From the IMG/VR virus record IMGVR_UViG_3300009156_000037: 53,746 bases of DNA; one strand, given 5' to 3'. The notes beneath the pieces are model-generated. The model ran no database searches and was not told where the DNA came from. It saw nothing but the letters and a program-made list of their open reading frames with translations. Below are positions 25,973 through 36,184 of this stretch, piece by piece. The DNA is from a virus. The position numbers were made by a program, and so were the translations under genes. The first letter of the stretch is position 1. The number at the start of each line of letters is the position of its first letter.

Positions 25973-26398
25973 GTGGCGAAGGTCGTCATTCACCACGGTC
26001 AGGCCCAGCTGACCGCCACCCGCTTCGCCCGCAAGAAGGTGGAAGCGGCCCTACGTGATGTGGAAATCAACGCCAAGATACGGGCCTCCCACGGGCCCTA
26101 CGCAACCGGTTACCTCGCCTCGACCATCACCAAACACGTGTACACCACCCCGCTCGGGGTTCGTGGCAGGGTGGGTTCTGACCTGAGCTACGCCGGGGTG
26201 GCCGAACGTGGCGCCCGTGCCCACATCATCCGACCACGGGTGGCTAAGGCGCTGCACTTCTACTGGCGCAGGGTGGGCCACACGGTGACGTTGGCAAAAG
26301 TCAACCACCCTGGTATGGAAGGTAAAGGCTACCTTCGGGAGTCATTGATCCAGGCAGGTAGACGCCACAATCTGCGGGTAGTCATCAGGTACAGCTAA
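25973..26398 (+). CDS. HK97 gp10-family head-tail joining / tail completion protein
   Basis: SYAGVAERGARAHIIRPRVAKALHF ... KVNHPGMEGKGYLRESL matches the gp10-family pattern. GTG start lies just after the upstream stop. Confidence 0.6.
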   Translation: MAKVVIHHGQAQLTATRFARKKVEAALRDVEINAKIRASHGPYATGYLASTITKHVYTTPLGVRGRVGSDLSYAGVAERGARAHIIRPRVAKALHFYWRRVGHTVTLAKVNHPGMEGKGYLRESLIQAGRRHNLRVVIRYS

Positions 26399-26407
26399 TA
26401 TGCCTTC

Positions 26408-26758
26408 ATGGCTGAAGATCCCGGACGTGAAACCCGCATCATCGAGGTGAAGGGCCGCACCATTGTGGTCCGTAAGTTGCGTGATGCCCAGTTCGGTCTG
26501 CTGGTGCGCGAAGCTAACGCGGTCAAACGGGCGGTGGCGGAACGCAACAAGGACCGTCTGACGCGTGCCACTGACCTGATCATGAAGGCTCTTGCCTCAG
26601 CAGTGGTGCAGGAGGAGGACCGGGACTGGCTGGACGACCTGACCGCCGCTGGTGAGCTGGACTTCAGCGACCTGGTGGCCGTGATCAAGGCATTCAACGA
26701 GGATGAAGACAAGCCCAAGGCTTCGGTGAGACGTGGTCGCCCGGCCAAGCGGACATGA
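26408..26758 (+). CDS. Tail assembly chaperone (gpG-like)
   Basis: Position immediately upstream of the tape measure gene. The size and the IIEVKGRTIVVRKLRDAQFGLL pattern are typical. Confidence 0.65.
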   Translation: MAEDPGRETRIIEVKGRTIVVRKLRDAQFGLLVREANAVKRAVAERNKDRLTRATDLIMKALASAVVQEEDRDWLDDLTAAGELDFSDLVAVIKAFNEDEDKPKASVRRGRPAKRT

Positions 26759-27326
26759 GGTTTCTACCGCTGTCCCGTTAGCCCCCCGCCTGGTCACCGA
26801 CCTGACCTGGTCCCTTCAGCCGTGGCCGATCACCATCACCGTGGGCCCGATTGAGGCCGTCATTGAGGCGCTGCCAGCCTCGACGTGGGTGGCGATCCTG
26901 CTGTCGGATCCGTTCGATAGCGAGGACATCATCGGGCTGGCTGGCGTGGATGCGCAGGCTGCGGTAGACGAGGCCCTGTTCGATGAGACGATCACGTTGG
27001 AGCAGCTCGACAACTTGGTACTTGAGGTCGTGTCCACGGTGGCGGCCAGACCATGGTATGTGGCATACCGCATCGTCGCGGTGGCCAAACAGGTGTGGGA
27101 CACCCACGGTCTAGGCGGACGCCTGGTCACTGAGGGGGTGGACGCATCGCGGCTGTCCCTGTCGGCCTGGCTGGATGCGGTCATGTTCGTGTTGGCGCAG
27201 ATGGTGGCACCTAAGGATTTGGCCATGTTCTACAGTCAGCTGGAGATCCCCCCGGCCGATGTTACTGTGGAAGAACAAGAAATGGAAATGAGCCGCGACG
27301 CCTTCATGTCACTGATGGCCAACTGA
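26733..27326 (+). CDS. Second tail assembly chaperone ORF (gpT-like)
   Basis: It overlaps the gpG-like stop region. Its frame is +1 relative to the upstream gene and opens only from 26730. Either an own GTG start at 26733 or a non-canonical frameshift is possible. Confidence 0.5.
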   Translation: MVARPSGHEVSTAVPLAPRLVTDLTWSLQPWPITITVGPIEAVIEALPASTWVAILLSDPFDSEDIIGLAGVDAQAAVDEALFDETITLEQLDNLVLEVVSTVAARPWYVAYRIVAVAKQVWDTHGLGGRLVTEGVDASRLSLSAWLDAVMFVLAQMVAPKDLAMFYSQLEIPPADVTVEEQEMEMSRDAFMSLMAN

Positions 27327-27391
27327 TATCCTGCTGGTCAGTGGCGCCTTGATTGCCCACATGTCACCTAGCGTGGAGAGGTGGTGTGGGC

Positions 27392-29476
27392 ATGACGCGG
27401 CCAGATGGCGAGGCATTCATCGATGTCCATGCCAACACGAAACCGTATGACCGGGAACTGGAAACCGGGGTCCGTAAAGCGTCCGCTGACGCCGACGACC
27501 TTCTCGACGCGGTAGGCAAAGACTGGGGTGACACCCTCGCCGAATCCACCTCGAAAGAGCTGGGTAAACACGGCCGCGACTTCGCTGACTCCATCGAACG
27601 TGGTATCAGCCACGAAGTTGTCCACATCCGGGGCAAGAGGTATGTCATTGATCGGCGTGGCCGTCTCCACGACGCTGCTGGCCGCTTCGTCAAGGCGTTC
27701 GAGGATGAGGTCGAAGACGCCTTCCTACGCTCCGCTGGTGGGGGCGCCGGTAACGTCTTCAACCGCATCGGCACCGCCATCTCCGACGCCATCGGATCCG
27801 GGTTCAACGTCTCCGGCAAATCCCCACTGATCGCCTTCCTGGTTCCCCTGGTCGGCGTCATCGTCGGCCTGGTTATTGGTGCGATCCAGGCCGTCAACAT
27901 CCTCATCGCACTGTTGACCACCTTGCCCGCTCTGATCGCCTCCATCGGTCTTCAGGTTGGGGTGCTGTTCATTGCCTTCAAGGGTCTAGGCACAGCCATC
28001 TCCGGTGCATTTGCAGCTAAAAATGCTGAAGAACTGCAAGAAGCCTTGAAGGGGTTGACCCCCGAGGCCCAGACCTTCGTCAAGTCTCTGCTGCCCCTCA
28101 AAGACCTGTTCAAGTCCATCCAGAGGGTCGTCCAGTCCAACTTTTTCCGGGCCATGGGTGACCCGCTGAGCTTCCTACGATTCCTGAGCCCCACCCTGAT
28201 CTCCGGGTTCGGCATGCTGGCCACCAGCATGGGTCGCTTCTTCCGGGACCTGGGCGTCTTCTTCAACTCGCCTACCTTCATTACCTTCGTCCGGGACATT
28301 TTCCCTGCCACTGCCAGGTGGATTCAAACGTTCGGGCCGGCCTTCATCAAGATCCTTGGCGCCCTGATCGGGGCAGCAGACCAGGCCATCCCGTTCCTGG
28401 AACACGTCGGCATGTTCATCAGCCTCAACCTTGCCAGCCTGGCACGCCGCCTCAACGACATGATCCGAAGCGGCGGCTTCCAGCAGTGGCTGGCCGGCAT
28501 GGAACGCAGCTTCGAACTGTTCGGTGGGTTCCTTCTGGACGCGCTCAGGCTCGTTGGCGTCCTAATGAGCGTGCTCAACCAAGAGGGCGCCGACGAGATT
28601 TTCAAGGCATTCCAGGATGCCTTCCAGCAGCTGGCCTTCTTCCTTGCATCCCCAGCCGGTCGACAAGCCCTAGAGGGGCTCATTAACGCGGCGATCATCT
28701 CCATCAAGGTGTTCACCGGCCTACTGGAGATCATCCTGCTGATACTCGCTGCCATCGAAACCGTAGGCGAGGCCCTCAACGAGCTGTGGAAATGGTTGAC
28801 CACCATAGCCTTCCCCGCCATCGGGGACTTCTTCAGCTGGCTTGGTGGCGCCATCGCCGACTTCTTCGCCGGGATCGTTGGTCACCTCGCCCCGGTCGGT
28901 AGCGCCATCAGGGCAACCTTCGGGTCCATCACCAGCGGTATCCGAGCCAACCTGGACCAGGCCATCGCCTTCGTGACGAGCCTGCCGGGCAGGACACGGG
29001 CCGCTGTGGGAAACCTGGACAACCTGCTCTACAACGCCGGTCGTAGCATGATCCAAGGGTTCATCAACGGCATCAGGTCCAAGCTCGGTGACCTCGCCAA
29101 CATCGCCAAGAATGCCATCCACACCGTCACTGACTGGTTCCCCGGCTCCCCGGCCAAGGAAGGCCCCCTGTCCGGCCAGGGTTACAGCCTGCTGCGGGGC
29201 GAGCGGATGGCGCAAGACTTCGGTGCCGGTATGCGTCGGGGTTTCAGTGGTCTGCGCGACAGCCTCAGCACCGACCTAGGTGGCCTGGTGGACATGTTGA
29301 CCCCGTCCAACACCACCACCAACGGGGTCGTGTTCGGTCCTGGTTCGGTGAAGGTCACTTTCGAGGGTGTTGTACCCACTGAGGATGAGGCCCGTCGCAC
29401 CGGCCGAGCAGTGGGTGCCGGGATCAGCGACCAGCTGGCACGGCGTAACACTGTTCTAGCGGTGAGGACACTCTGA
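27392..29476 (+). CDS. Tape measure protein
   Basis: 694 aa, with a central hydrophobic/Gly-Ala-rich helical region. Position follows the chaperones. ATG at 27392 follows GGAGAGGTGG. Confidence 0.8.
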   Translation: MTRPDGEAFIDVHANTKPYDRELETGVRKASADADDLLDAVGKDWGDTLAESTSKELGKHGRDFADSIERGISHEVVHIRGKRYVIDRRGRLHDAAGRFVKAFEDEVEDAFLRSAGGGAGNVFNRIGTAISDAIGSGFNVSGKSPLIAFLVPLVGVIVGLVIGAIQAVNILIALLTTLPALIASIGLQVGVLFIAFKGLGTAISGAFAAKNAEELQEALKGLTPEAQTFVKSLLPLKDLFKSIQRVVQSNFFRAMGDPLSFLRFLSPTLISGFGMLATSMGRFFRDLGVFFNSPTFITFVRDIFPATARWIQTFGPAFIKILGALIGAADQAIPFLEHVGMFISLNLASLARRLNDMIRSGGFQQWLAGMERSFELFGGFLLDALRLVGVLMSVLNQEGADEIFKAFQDAFQQLAFFLASPAGRQALEGLINAAIISIKVFTGLLEIILLILAAIETVGEALNELWKWLTTIAFPAIGDFFSWLGGAIADFFAGIVGHLAPVGSAIRATFGSITSGIRANLDQAIAFVTSLPGRTRAAVGNLDNLLYNAGRSMIQGFINGIRSKLGDLANIAKNAIHTVTDWFPGSPAKEGPLSGQGYSLLRGERMAQDFGAGMRRGFSGLRDSLSTDLGGLVDMLTPSNTTTNGVVFGPGSVKVTFEGVVPTEDEARRTGRAVGAGISDQLARRNTVLAVRTL

Positions 29477-32400
29477 TGGGCAGCTACAACCCCAACCAGC
29501 CCCGCATCGTTGGCCAGGAATGGGTACCGATCCGCAACGAGGACGTGGCGTTCTCCCCAGCCATCAAGTCGGTGGAGCGGGGATTCGAGTTCACTCTCAC
29601 CTCAGCCCAGACCCTCCAAGATGGACGCTTCTATCTGAAAGAGTGGCCTGACGGAGACGCCAACGGGCAAGTCTTCTTCATGTCGATTTACCCCCGTGGC
29701 CGTGAAGCCGACACGGGGCCCATCCGCCGGGTTGTGATCCCCTGCAACAACGGTGGTATCAGTGGCACCGGTGTCACCATCGTACCCGCCACTGTCAGTG
29801 TTGCTGACGCCCTGTCTGACCCCTCAGATGAAAAGTATGTTCACAGCTTCTCGGGTGGCAACACTACTGTCCAGACCAGGGTGGCCGGGTATTTCGCGGT
29901 AAACAACTACGCTCAGGAGCTTAACGGTAAGAGGATCATTGGCGTCAACCTTCTCTACAACGTCTCCGGCTTCCTCGACCTGATCACCCAGTCTGGTAAC
30001 AGTTGGGGCTTTTCCATCGAACAGGATTCGGGCTATCCGAATGGCTCCATTTACGGTAGTTCAATCATTGGAACCGTTCAGGGCGCCACGTGGACAAGCA
30101 CCTTCTTCGGTAACGGGCCAGTTGAGCGGCTCGCATTTGGGGAAGTAGACCACGCCTGGAATGCCCCCACCAGTCCAGAGAACACCTCAGACAGGTTTCC
30201 GTGGACGTTCGCCGGTCTGCAACGATTCGAGGCAACCGCTGCCAACCGCCATGCCGTCTGGTTCAAGGGCAGCACCAGTGGTCCTACGGCGTACGAGATG
30301 CGACTGCACTACATGGCCCTGGAAGTCTTCTACTGCGAAGAACAACGGGTAGCGGTAGCCGGGCGCAGCTTTGGCTTCGACTCCTCACACACGACCCGTA
30401 ACACGCCCTACGGCTACGGTGTCAACATCGTGCCAATGCGTACTCCTGTCGCATTGGCCACGAATCCAGTTCTTCAGCCTGGCGATTACAGTGTGGTGTT
30501 CGCACTCGCGGATCAGGGCGCGGAATACGGTGTGGCTTCCCAGTCGTATCCGAAACTGAATGGGCTACGAGAACTGTATAGCTTGCCAGGCATGGCAGGG
30601 GTACAGCTGGATCTTCCATTCCCCATTGACCCGGACGTCGTGGGCAAGACTTTCACGGAGACCAGTACCCACATACTGCCCCAGCTGTCGGTGCACACGT
30701 CAGGTGGACCCATCATCGACCTGCACGCCTACGGACGTCAGGCGGTGGCCCCCGTGTATGGGTCGATCTACGCGGAGGCGGAGATTGACGACGATGTGGT
30801 ACCAGCGCCGGGCGCCCCATACCCATGGGTGCGTTACTACGCCCGCCGGTGGGGTGACACGGTCACCCCACTAGTACTCACCAACCAGGCAGCCACTGGA
30901 CAGTCGGTCTTCATCACCCCCGCAGAATGGGATGCGCTAGACGAGATCGTGGACCGATGGAAGGAGATCACGCTTCGATTTGCGTCACCACCCACCATCT
31001 CCACTGCGGCGGGTAGCCCCGACTGGAGGTGGACGGCTGCCGGTGAGTTGGCCGGTAACCGGTGGGAGGTGCTGGGCGCCTACGCCCCGGCGTTGTCGGG
31101 TATTACGGGGAACCTGTACAACCTGGTGCCGTCACCGAATCAGCTGTCGGGGGCCACGTACTTCGGTACAAACGCACAGCTGACGTGGCAGACGATCACC
31201 CCTCCGGTGTCAGGTGTGGCGGCGGACCCCACCGCAGACGGTGTCCTAATCTTCGCGCAGGACATGCCCACCGTCACCGGGTTTGGTATTAGCACGCTAA
31301 GCCAGCCGGTGTCTGGTATCGGCACCAACTGCGGGGTCAACCCGTGCTGCATCCCTAGTGCAATCTCCTACAACCGTCTGACCTGGAGTGCCTCGCCAGG
31401 TATTGTCTACGACCTGTTCAACAACCGGACAGCGGCTAGCGGCTGGGGTAATGCTGACGTAGGTGGCGCCTGGACAAGAACGGGCGGTCTAGCGGCGGAC
31501 TACTATGTCCAAAATGGATCAGCATTCCATAGTCTGAGTGCTGTTAACACATCCCACTACAGCACTATCAGCAATGGGATCCGCGACTCAGACATCACCG
31601 TCGACTTCACTGTGCCGGTTGTGGCGTTGGGTGGCGACATTCAGGTCAGTGTCGTTTCCCGCTACGTTGACGTCAACAACCAATACATGGTCACAGTGTT
31701 CTTTCACACCAATGGCACCTATGACATAGCCATCCGTATCAATAACGGTGGCGTGTTCACCACGTTAGCCACGTCGGGCACCTTGGGCGGCTACCAAGCC
31801 AACAGTCGCTTCCACGTAAGGGTTCGTACCGTTGGGTCCACAATCTGGGCCAAGGTGTGGCCCTATGGCCTGGATGAACTGGATGAGTGGCAAGTCACCA
31901 CTGTCAACTCCACCATCACCACCCCCGGTGGGGTGGGTGTCAACAGCTTCCTGGCCGGTTCGAACACCAACACCCTGCCGGTGGTTATCACGTTCGACAA
32001 CTTCATCGTCACCCCCATCGGGTGGGGGTCCTACGAACTGCAACGCATGGACACAGTGGACACCACCTGGCAGACAATCATGTTGGCCACCAACCCCGGC
32101 GTAGTGTCGTTCAACGACTACGAGGCCCGGGTGGGCATCCTTACCTCCTACCGGATCCGGGGCGTGGACACATACGGGTTCTACGGGTTGTGGTCCGTTA
32201 CCGTCTCGGCCACCATCACTGACCCTGGCGTCACCATCGGTTGCACTGGCGGACATGTGCTCATCTTCACGTCCAACGCGTCTATCACCGGTGGCTACAA
32301 CCTGGCCTACTCGTCGGTGTGGGAAGGTCGCGTGGAGGAGGGGTTCACCTTCCCCGAGGCTGGCGAAGTGCAGTTGCAAAAGATGTATGGTCGCGACTTC

Positions 32401-32682
32401 GTGACTGCATTTCGTCCCTTGGAACGTGGAGGTGAACGGTTCAGTCGTACTGTGCTGGTGCAGGCTGCCGCTATCGCCACACCAAACCTGGGGGACTTCC
32501 GTTCCCTGCGGGATATGGCTTGGGCCGATCTGCCGTATGTGTGTGTGCGCGATGAGGACGGGAACCGCTGGTTTGCCACGGTGTTGGTGCCGGGCGGCAA
32601 CGTGCGCCGGTCTCGGCAGCTGTACATGGCCCCAGTGGACATCATCGAGGTGACCGATGAACCGGCGCAGGTGGACCCATGA
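29476..32682 (+). CDS. Large minor tail protein with concanavalin/LamG-like jelly-roll segment
   Basis: 1068 aa, TGATG-coupled to the tape measure gene. The segment GWGNADVGGAWTRTGG ... STIWAKVW ... ITFDNFIV looks like a lectin-type beta-sandwich. Confidence 0.65.
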   Translation: MGSYNPNQPRIVGQEWVPIRNEDVAFSPAIKSVERGFEFTLTSAQTLQDGRFYLKEWPDGDANGQVFFMSIYPRGREADTGPIRRVVIPCNNGGISGTGVTIVPATVSVADALSDPSDEKYVHSFSGGNTTVQTRVAGYFAVNNYAQELNGKRIIGVNLLYNVSGFLDLITQSGNSWGFSIEQDSGYPNGSIYGSSIIGTVQGATWTSTFFGNGPVERLAFGEVDHAWNAPTSPENTSDRFPWTFAGLQRFEATAANRHAVWFKGSTSGPTAYEMRLHYMALEVFYCEEQRVAVAGRSFGFDSSHTTRNTPYGYGVNIVPMRTPVALATNPVLQPGDYSVVFALADQGAEYGVASQSYPKLNGLRELYSLPGMAGVQLDLPFPIDPDVVGKTFTETSTHILPQLSVHTSGGPIIDLHAYGRQAVAPVYGSIYAEAEIDDDVVPAPGAPYPWVRYYARRWGDTVTPLVLTNQAATGQSVFITPAEWDALDEIVDRWKEITLRFASPPTISTAAGSPDWRWTAAGELAGNRWEVLGAYAPALSGITGNLYNLVPSPNQLSGATYFGTNAQLTWQTITPPVSGVAADPTADGVLIFAQDMPTVTGFGISTLSQPVSGIGTNCGVNPCCIPSAISYNRLTWSASPGIVYDLFNNRTAASGWGNADVGGAWTRTGGLAADYYVQNGSAFHSLSAVNTSHYSTISNGIRDSDITVDFTVPVVALGGDIQVSVVSRYVDVNNQYMVTVFFHTNGTYDIAIRINNGGVFTTLATSGTLGGYQANSRFHVRVRTVGSTIWAKVWPYGLDELDEWQVTTVNSTITTPGGVGVNSFLAGSNTNTLPVVITFDNFIVTPIGWGSYELQRMDTVDTTWQTIMLATNPGVVSFNDYEARVGILTSYRIRGVDTYGFYGLWSVTVSATITDPGVTIGCTGGHVLIFTSNASITGGYNLAYSSVWEGRVEEGFTFPEAGEVQLQKMYGRDFVTAFRPLERGGERFSRTVLVQAAAIATPNLGDFRSLRDMAWADLPYVCVRDEDGNRWFATVLVPGGNVRRSRQLYMAPVDIIEVTDEPAQVDP

Positions 32683-33737
32683 GTGGTCTGACGACGCTAC
32701 CCCATGACCCCCTACTGGATCTTGATCCGTGGGTGGGTCAACGTCAGTGCACGTTCCGGTTCGCGTTGAGCAATGCCGTTACCGGCGAAAAGTTAGGGGA
32801 TATCAACCCTGTTCGTAACGCCAGCCTTTCCCACGACACCACCCGCACAATCAAACGACAGCTCAGTTTGACCCTTGGCGTGAGAGACACGGCTAACATC
32901 AACCCTCTTACTGACCGGGTCGACGTGTTCATGGTGTTTCCTAATGGGACCGAGTACCCGATGGGACGCTACATGTTCACCGACATGTCGCGGGAAAAGT
33001 TCACTAGCGGAAAAGTGTCATCTAGCATTCTCAATGATGAAATGTTTCTGGTAGACCAAGAAATCAATGAGGGCATCAATGGTCGAGGTCAAAACGTAGC
33101 TACCTTGATCACTACTACTGTGGCTGGGCTGGGTGTGACTTTGGAGGTGGAGCCTACCCCCTTCACATCAGGTGAGTCGTGGACAGTGGGTGCTACTCGT
33201 GGCCAAATCCTAGAAACTTTGTCTGTCTCAGGTGACTACTTCAGTCCCTGGTTCGGCAACGACACAAACCTGCATTTCATCCGTAGCTTCGATCCAGCAA
33301 CTCAGATCCCTCAGTTCGACTTTGACGAAGGAAACCAGGTGATGCGGGCCGGCATCGTGGAGTCAGACGACCTGCTACTGGCCCCCAACAGGTTCGTGGT
33401 GATCAGCAACGCTGCCGACGACACTAGTGCAGCTGTAGTGGGCAGCGCCGACGTCGCCATTTCGGCCCCACATTCCATTCAGAACCGTGGATTCGTGGTG
33501 CAACAGACGAAAGATCTTCAACTTGTTAACGCAGGGCAAGCTCAGGCTGTCGCACAGAACCTCGCTATCAGACAAACCGTGTTCGAGCGGGTGTCACTTG
33601 CCACGGTTCCCGACCCTCGCCACGACTCCTACGACGTGATTCGTTGGCAGGGTGAGCTGTGGCTTGAACTGGGTTGGTCGATGAACCTGGTGGAGGGCGG
33701 GACGATGGGCCACGTGTTGAGAAAGTCGTACTCATGA
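32679..33737 (+). CDS. Minor tail protein (tail tip/hub-like)
   Basis: ATGA-coupled, 352 aa, positioned after the distal tail protein. It contains a lower-GC internal patch. Confidence 0.6.
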   Translation: MSGLTTLPHDPLLDLDPWVGQRQCTFRFALSNAVTGEKLGDINPVRNASLSHDTTRTIKRQLSLTLGVRDTANINPLTDRVDVFMVFPNGTEYPMGRYMFTDMSREKFTSGKVSSSILNDEMFLVDQEINEGINGRGQNVATLITTTVAGLGVTLEVEPTPFTSGESWTVGATRGQILETLSVSGDYFSPWFGNDTNLHFIRSFDPATQIPQFDFDEGNQVMRAGIVESDDLLLAPNRFVVISNAADDTSAAVVGSADVAISAPHSIQNRGFVVQQTKDLQLVNAGQAQAVAQNLAIRQTVFERVSLATVPDPRHDSYDVIRWQGELWLELGWSMNLVEGGTMGHVLRKSYS

Positions 33738-34486
33738 CCCAGTCGACCCCGGAAAAGGAACCTTCGACGTCTGAACTTGTCGGTCTGGGCGCTCAGGCGG
33801 TCGTGGACAATGCGCAGCGGCTAGGGTTGACGTGGACGTTGCGTCCAGCAACAGTTGCGGCGACCATCGACACAATCAGCAACAACCCGAACTCGGGCAT
33901 TATCACCGTGGTCTTCGATGGGGACACGGCAGAGGTGTCGGCTAGTTCGATGGTGGGCGCCTTGTCGGCTGGCGAACGGGTCATGGTACTAGTGGTGCCA
34001 CCAGCAGGCAACTTTGTGGTGGGCCTTTCCACCAGCATTAGCTTGCCGTACGCCCCGGGTCGAGGCATTGTGGGCTCCCACACCGAAACGTCAAACTCGG
34101 GAGCAATCACCACAATCACTACGATCATGACTACGGATCAGGACGTGTTGTTCCGTAGCGATCGGGCGTACGAGTTCACCTTTGTGCACAACCACTTTTC
34201 CAGCGCTGCTGGGGTCTTGGCGCAGTATGCGGTGAACTTGCTGGGCAGTGGGACCAGCTTGGTCATGGGGAACTTCCGTACTGAGGGCGCCGCCTCAACG
34301 GGAGTTTTCTGCTCCAAGGTTGGGGTCAGATTGCGCGGTACCAACACCTTGAACAAGGTGGAGCTGACAGCTCTAGCGGTTTCGGGAAACATCACCATCC
34401 TGGGGTCTGTAACCACACCCAGGCAGTTTTGGGTACGTGACGTGGGGCCTGCCAGTATGTACCCAGGTTTCTTCGAAATTTTGTAG
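33734..34486 (+). CDS. Minor tail protein (possible receptor-binding protein)
   Basis: ATGA-coupled at 33734. Beta-rich, Ser/Thr/Gly-rich. It is the last tail-module gene. Confidence 0.55.
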   Translation: MTQSTPEKEPSTSELVGLGAQAVVDNAQRLGLTWTLRPATVAATIDTISNNPNSGIITVVFDGDTAEVSASSMVGALSAGERVMVLVVPPAGNFVVGLSTSISLPYAPGRGIVGSHTETSNSGAITTITTIMTTDQDVLFRSDRAYEFTFVHNHFSSAAGVLAQYAVNLLGSGTSLVMGNFRTEGAASTGVFCSKVGVRLRGTNTLNKVELTALAVSGNITILGSVTTPRQFWVRDVGPASMYPGFFEIL

Positions 34487-34495
34487 CCTAAGTCC

Positions 34496-35554
34496 GTGAA
34501 AGTCTACGTTCTACCCGCTGACGCCCATGGTTGTGGCCACTTCCGGTTGATTTGGCCAGCGAACGTGCTGCGGCAGATGGGTCATGACGTGGTCATCATG
34601 CCGCCGAACCAGCAGAGTGGCTTCCTCGCCAAGATTGAGGAGTCGGCTCCTGGGATGGAGCGGTTGAAGAGTATTCAAGTTCCAGCGGATGCCGATGTGA
34701 TTGTGTTGCAGCGGCCTGGGCATCCGCTGCAACCCCAGATGATCGACATCATGCGGGGCAACGGCATCGCTGTGGTCATCGATATGGACGACGACATGTC
34801 GTCCATTCATCAGGACAATTCAGCCTTCCACATGTACCGGCACACGTCTGGCACGCCCTTGTCGTGGAAACACGCCACTGAGTCGTGTAAGCGGGCCACC
34901 TTGGTGACCACGTCCACGTCAGCCTTGCAGAAGGTTTACGCTCAGCACGGTCGAGGCGTGGTACTTGACAACTATGTACCCGGTACGTACCTGGCCTTCA
35001 ACAAGATCGTCACTGGGCACTTCGGCTGGGCCGGCAACATTGGCTCACATCCCAACGACCCCCAGGTTACTGCCCCTGCTGTGCAGCGACTCATGGACGA
35101 CGGGTACCGTTTTGCTACGGTAGGCAACAAGAAGGGTATCAAGGAGGCATTTCGCCTCAAGCAGGACCCTTTCTGTACAGGCGCTACCGGCCTGACCGAC
35201 TTCGCCTTGACCATGAGCCGCACCTTCGACGTGGGCATGGTCCCACTGGCCGCGACCAGCTTCAACACCTCCAAGTCGAGGCTGAAGGGCATCGAAATGT
35301 CGGCCGTGGGCATCCCATGGGTTGCCTCACCCAGGGCTGAATACCGTACACTCGTCAAGAAGTCAGGGGGAGGGCTCCTTGCGGAGACCCCGAAGGAGTG
35401 GTACAACCAGCTCAGACGGCTCCTTGACGACTACGTGCTCCACAGGGAGCTGGCGGAGGCGGGCAAGTCCTACATGATGACCCAGACCTATGAGGCCAAC
35501 GCCTGGCGGTGGATCGAGGCCTGGACGAGAGCATTGGAGATACAGCGCAGATGA
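34496..35554 (+). CDS. Glycosyltransferase (GT-B / GT1-like)
   Basis: The N-terminus is MKVYVLPADAHGCGHFRLIWPANVLRQMGHDVVIM. The C-terminal half GIPWVASPRAEYRTLVKKSGGGLLAETPKEWYNQLRRLLDD resembles GT1 donor-binding blocks. SD is weak. Confidence 0.6.
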   Translation: MKVYVLPADAHGCGHFRLIWPANVLRQMGHDVVIMPPNQQSGFLAKIEESAPGMERLKSIQVPADADVIVLQRPGHPLQPQMIDIMRGNGIAVVIDMDDDMSSIHQDNSAFHMYRHTSGTPLSWKHATESCKRATLVTTSTSALQKVYAQHGRGVVLDNYVPGTYLAFNKIVTGHFGWAGNIGSHPNDPQVTAPAVQRLMDDGYRFATVGNKKGIKEAFRLKQDPFCTGATGLTDFALTMSRTFDVGMVPLAATSFNTSKSRLKGIEMSAVGIPWVASPRAEYRTLVKKSGGGLLAETPKEWYNQLRRLLDDYVLHRELAEAGKSYMMTQTYEANAWRWIEAWTRALEIQRR

Positions 35555-35868
35555 ACGATGAGGTTAAGGGATACGTGATGGCAGACAAGGATGCCATCGA
35601 GGAGTACGCCAGAATTGTGGCACAGGCCATTCATCAGGCGCATGACCAACACAACGAGACTGCCGTTCTAGATCCTGTTGAATATCTGACTGTCGACCAG
35701 GAAATCCGTGGTTTGGCAATCCAGGCTGCTTGTTCTTTTGGCGATACCGGCGGCCTCCGGACCGCGCTACTCCGCGCCGACCTGATTGCTCAGTACATCA
35801 AAACAGGTGAGATACGAATAGAGGGTACTCCTTCTGGGGATATCAATACGACGAGAGTGAGAGTGTGA
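35551..35868 (+). CDS. Hypothetical protein
   Basis: ATGA-coupled ATG at 35551. ATG 35578 is an alternative start. Confidence 0.5.
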   Translation: MNDEVKGYVMADKDAIEEYARIVAQAIHQAHDQHNETAVLDPVEYLTVDQEIRGLAIQAACSFGDTGGLRTALLRADLIAQYIKTGEIRIEGTPSGDINTTRVRV

Positions 35869-35929
35869 TGTTAGTGCACCTGCGAAAGAACAGGACCATG
35901 AATGAAAGGGCGAGAGAACAGGTATAGGA

Positions 35930-36184
35930 ATGAAATGGGAGTTTGATTCCACGCGCCGGTACCAGGGGTGGTTCAAAATCATGGACACCTGGATCCCAAT
36001 AGAAAACATTCATTCTATGGAGGTGATAGAGGACAACCGTGAGTATAGGGGTGGACAGTGGCGCATCTTCTTCAGGTTCCATCACGGTGGAGGCACCTGG
36101 GCGGACGGGTTTAGTTCGAAGGAGGAAGCTCACAGTTACATTCGAGACATGCTGGAGTTAGCGTCAAATGATTCAGCCGGGTGA
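35930..36184 (+). CDS. Hypothetical protein in a lower-GC patch
   Basis: An ORF with many A/T-ending codons, unlike its neighbours. Confidence 0.5.
   Translation: MKWEFDSTRRYQGWFKIMDTWIPIENIHSMEVIEDNREYRGGQWRIFFRFHHGGGTWADGFSSKEEAHSYIRDMLELASNDSAG

Noticed and set aside
26700-26760. Canonical -1 programmed frameshift between the two tail chaperone ORFs.
   Set aside because: The downstream frame is +1, not -1. It is closed by TGA at 26727-26729, and no XXXYYYZ heptamer lies in the 29-nt window.
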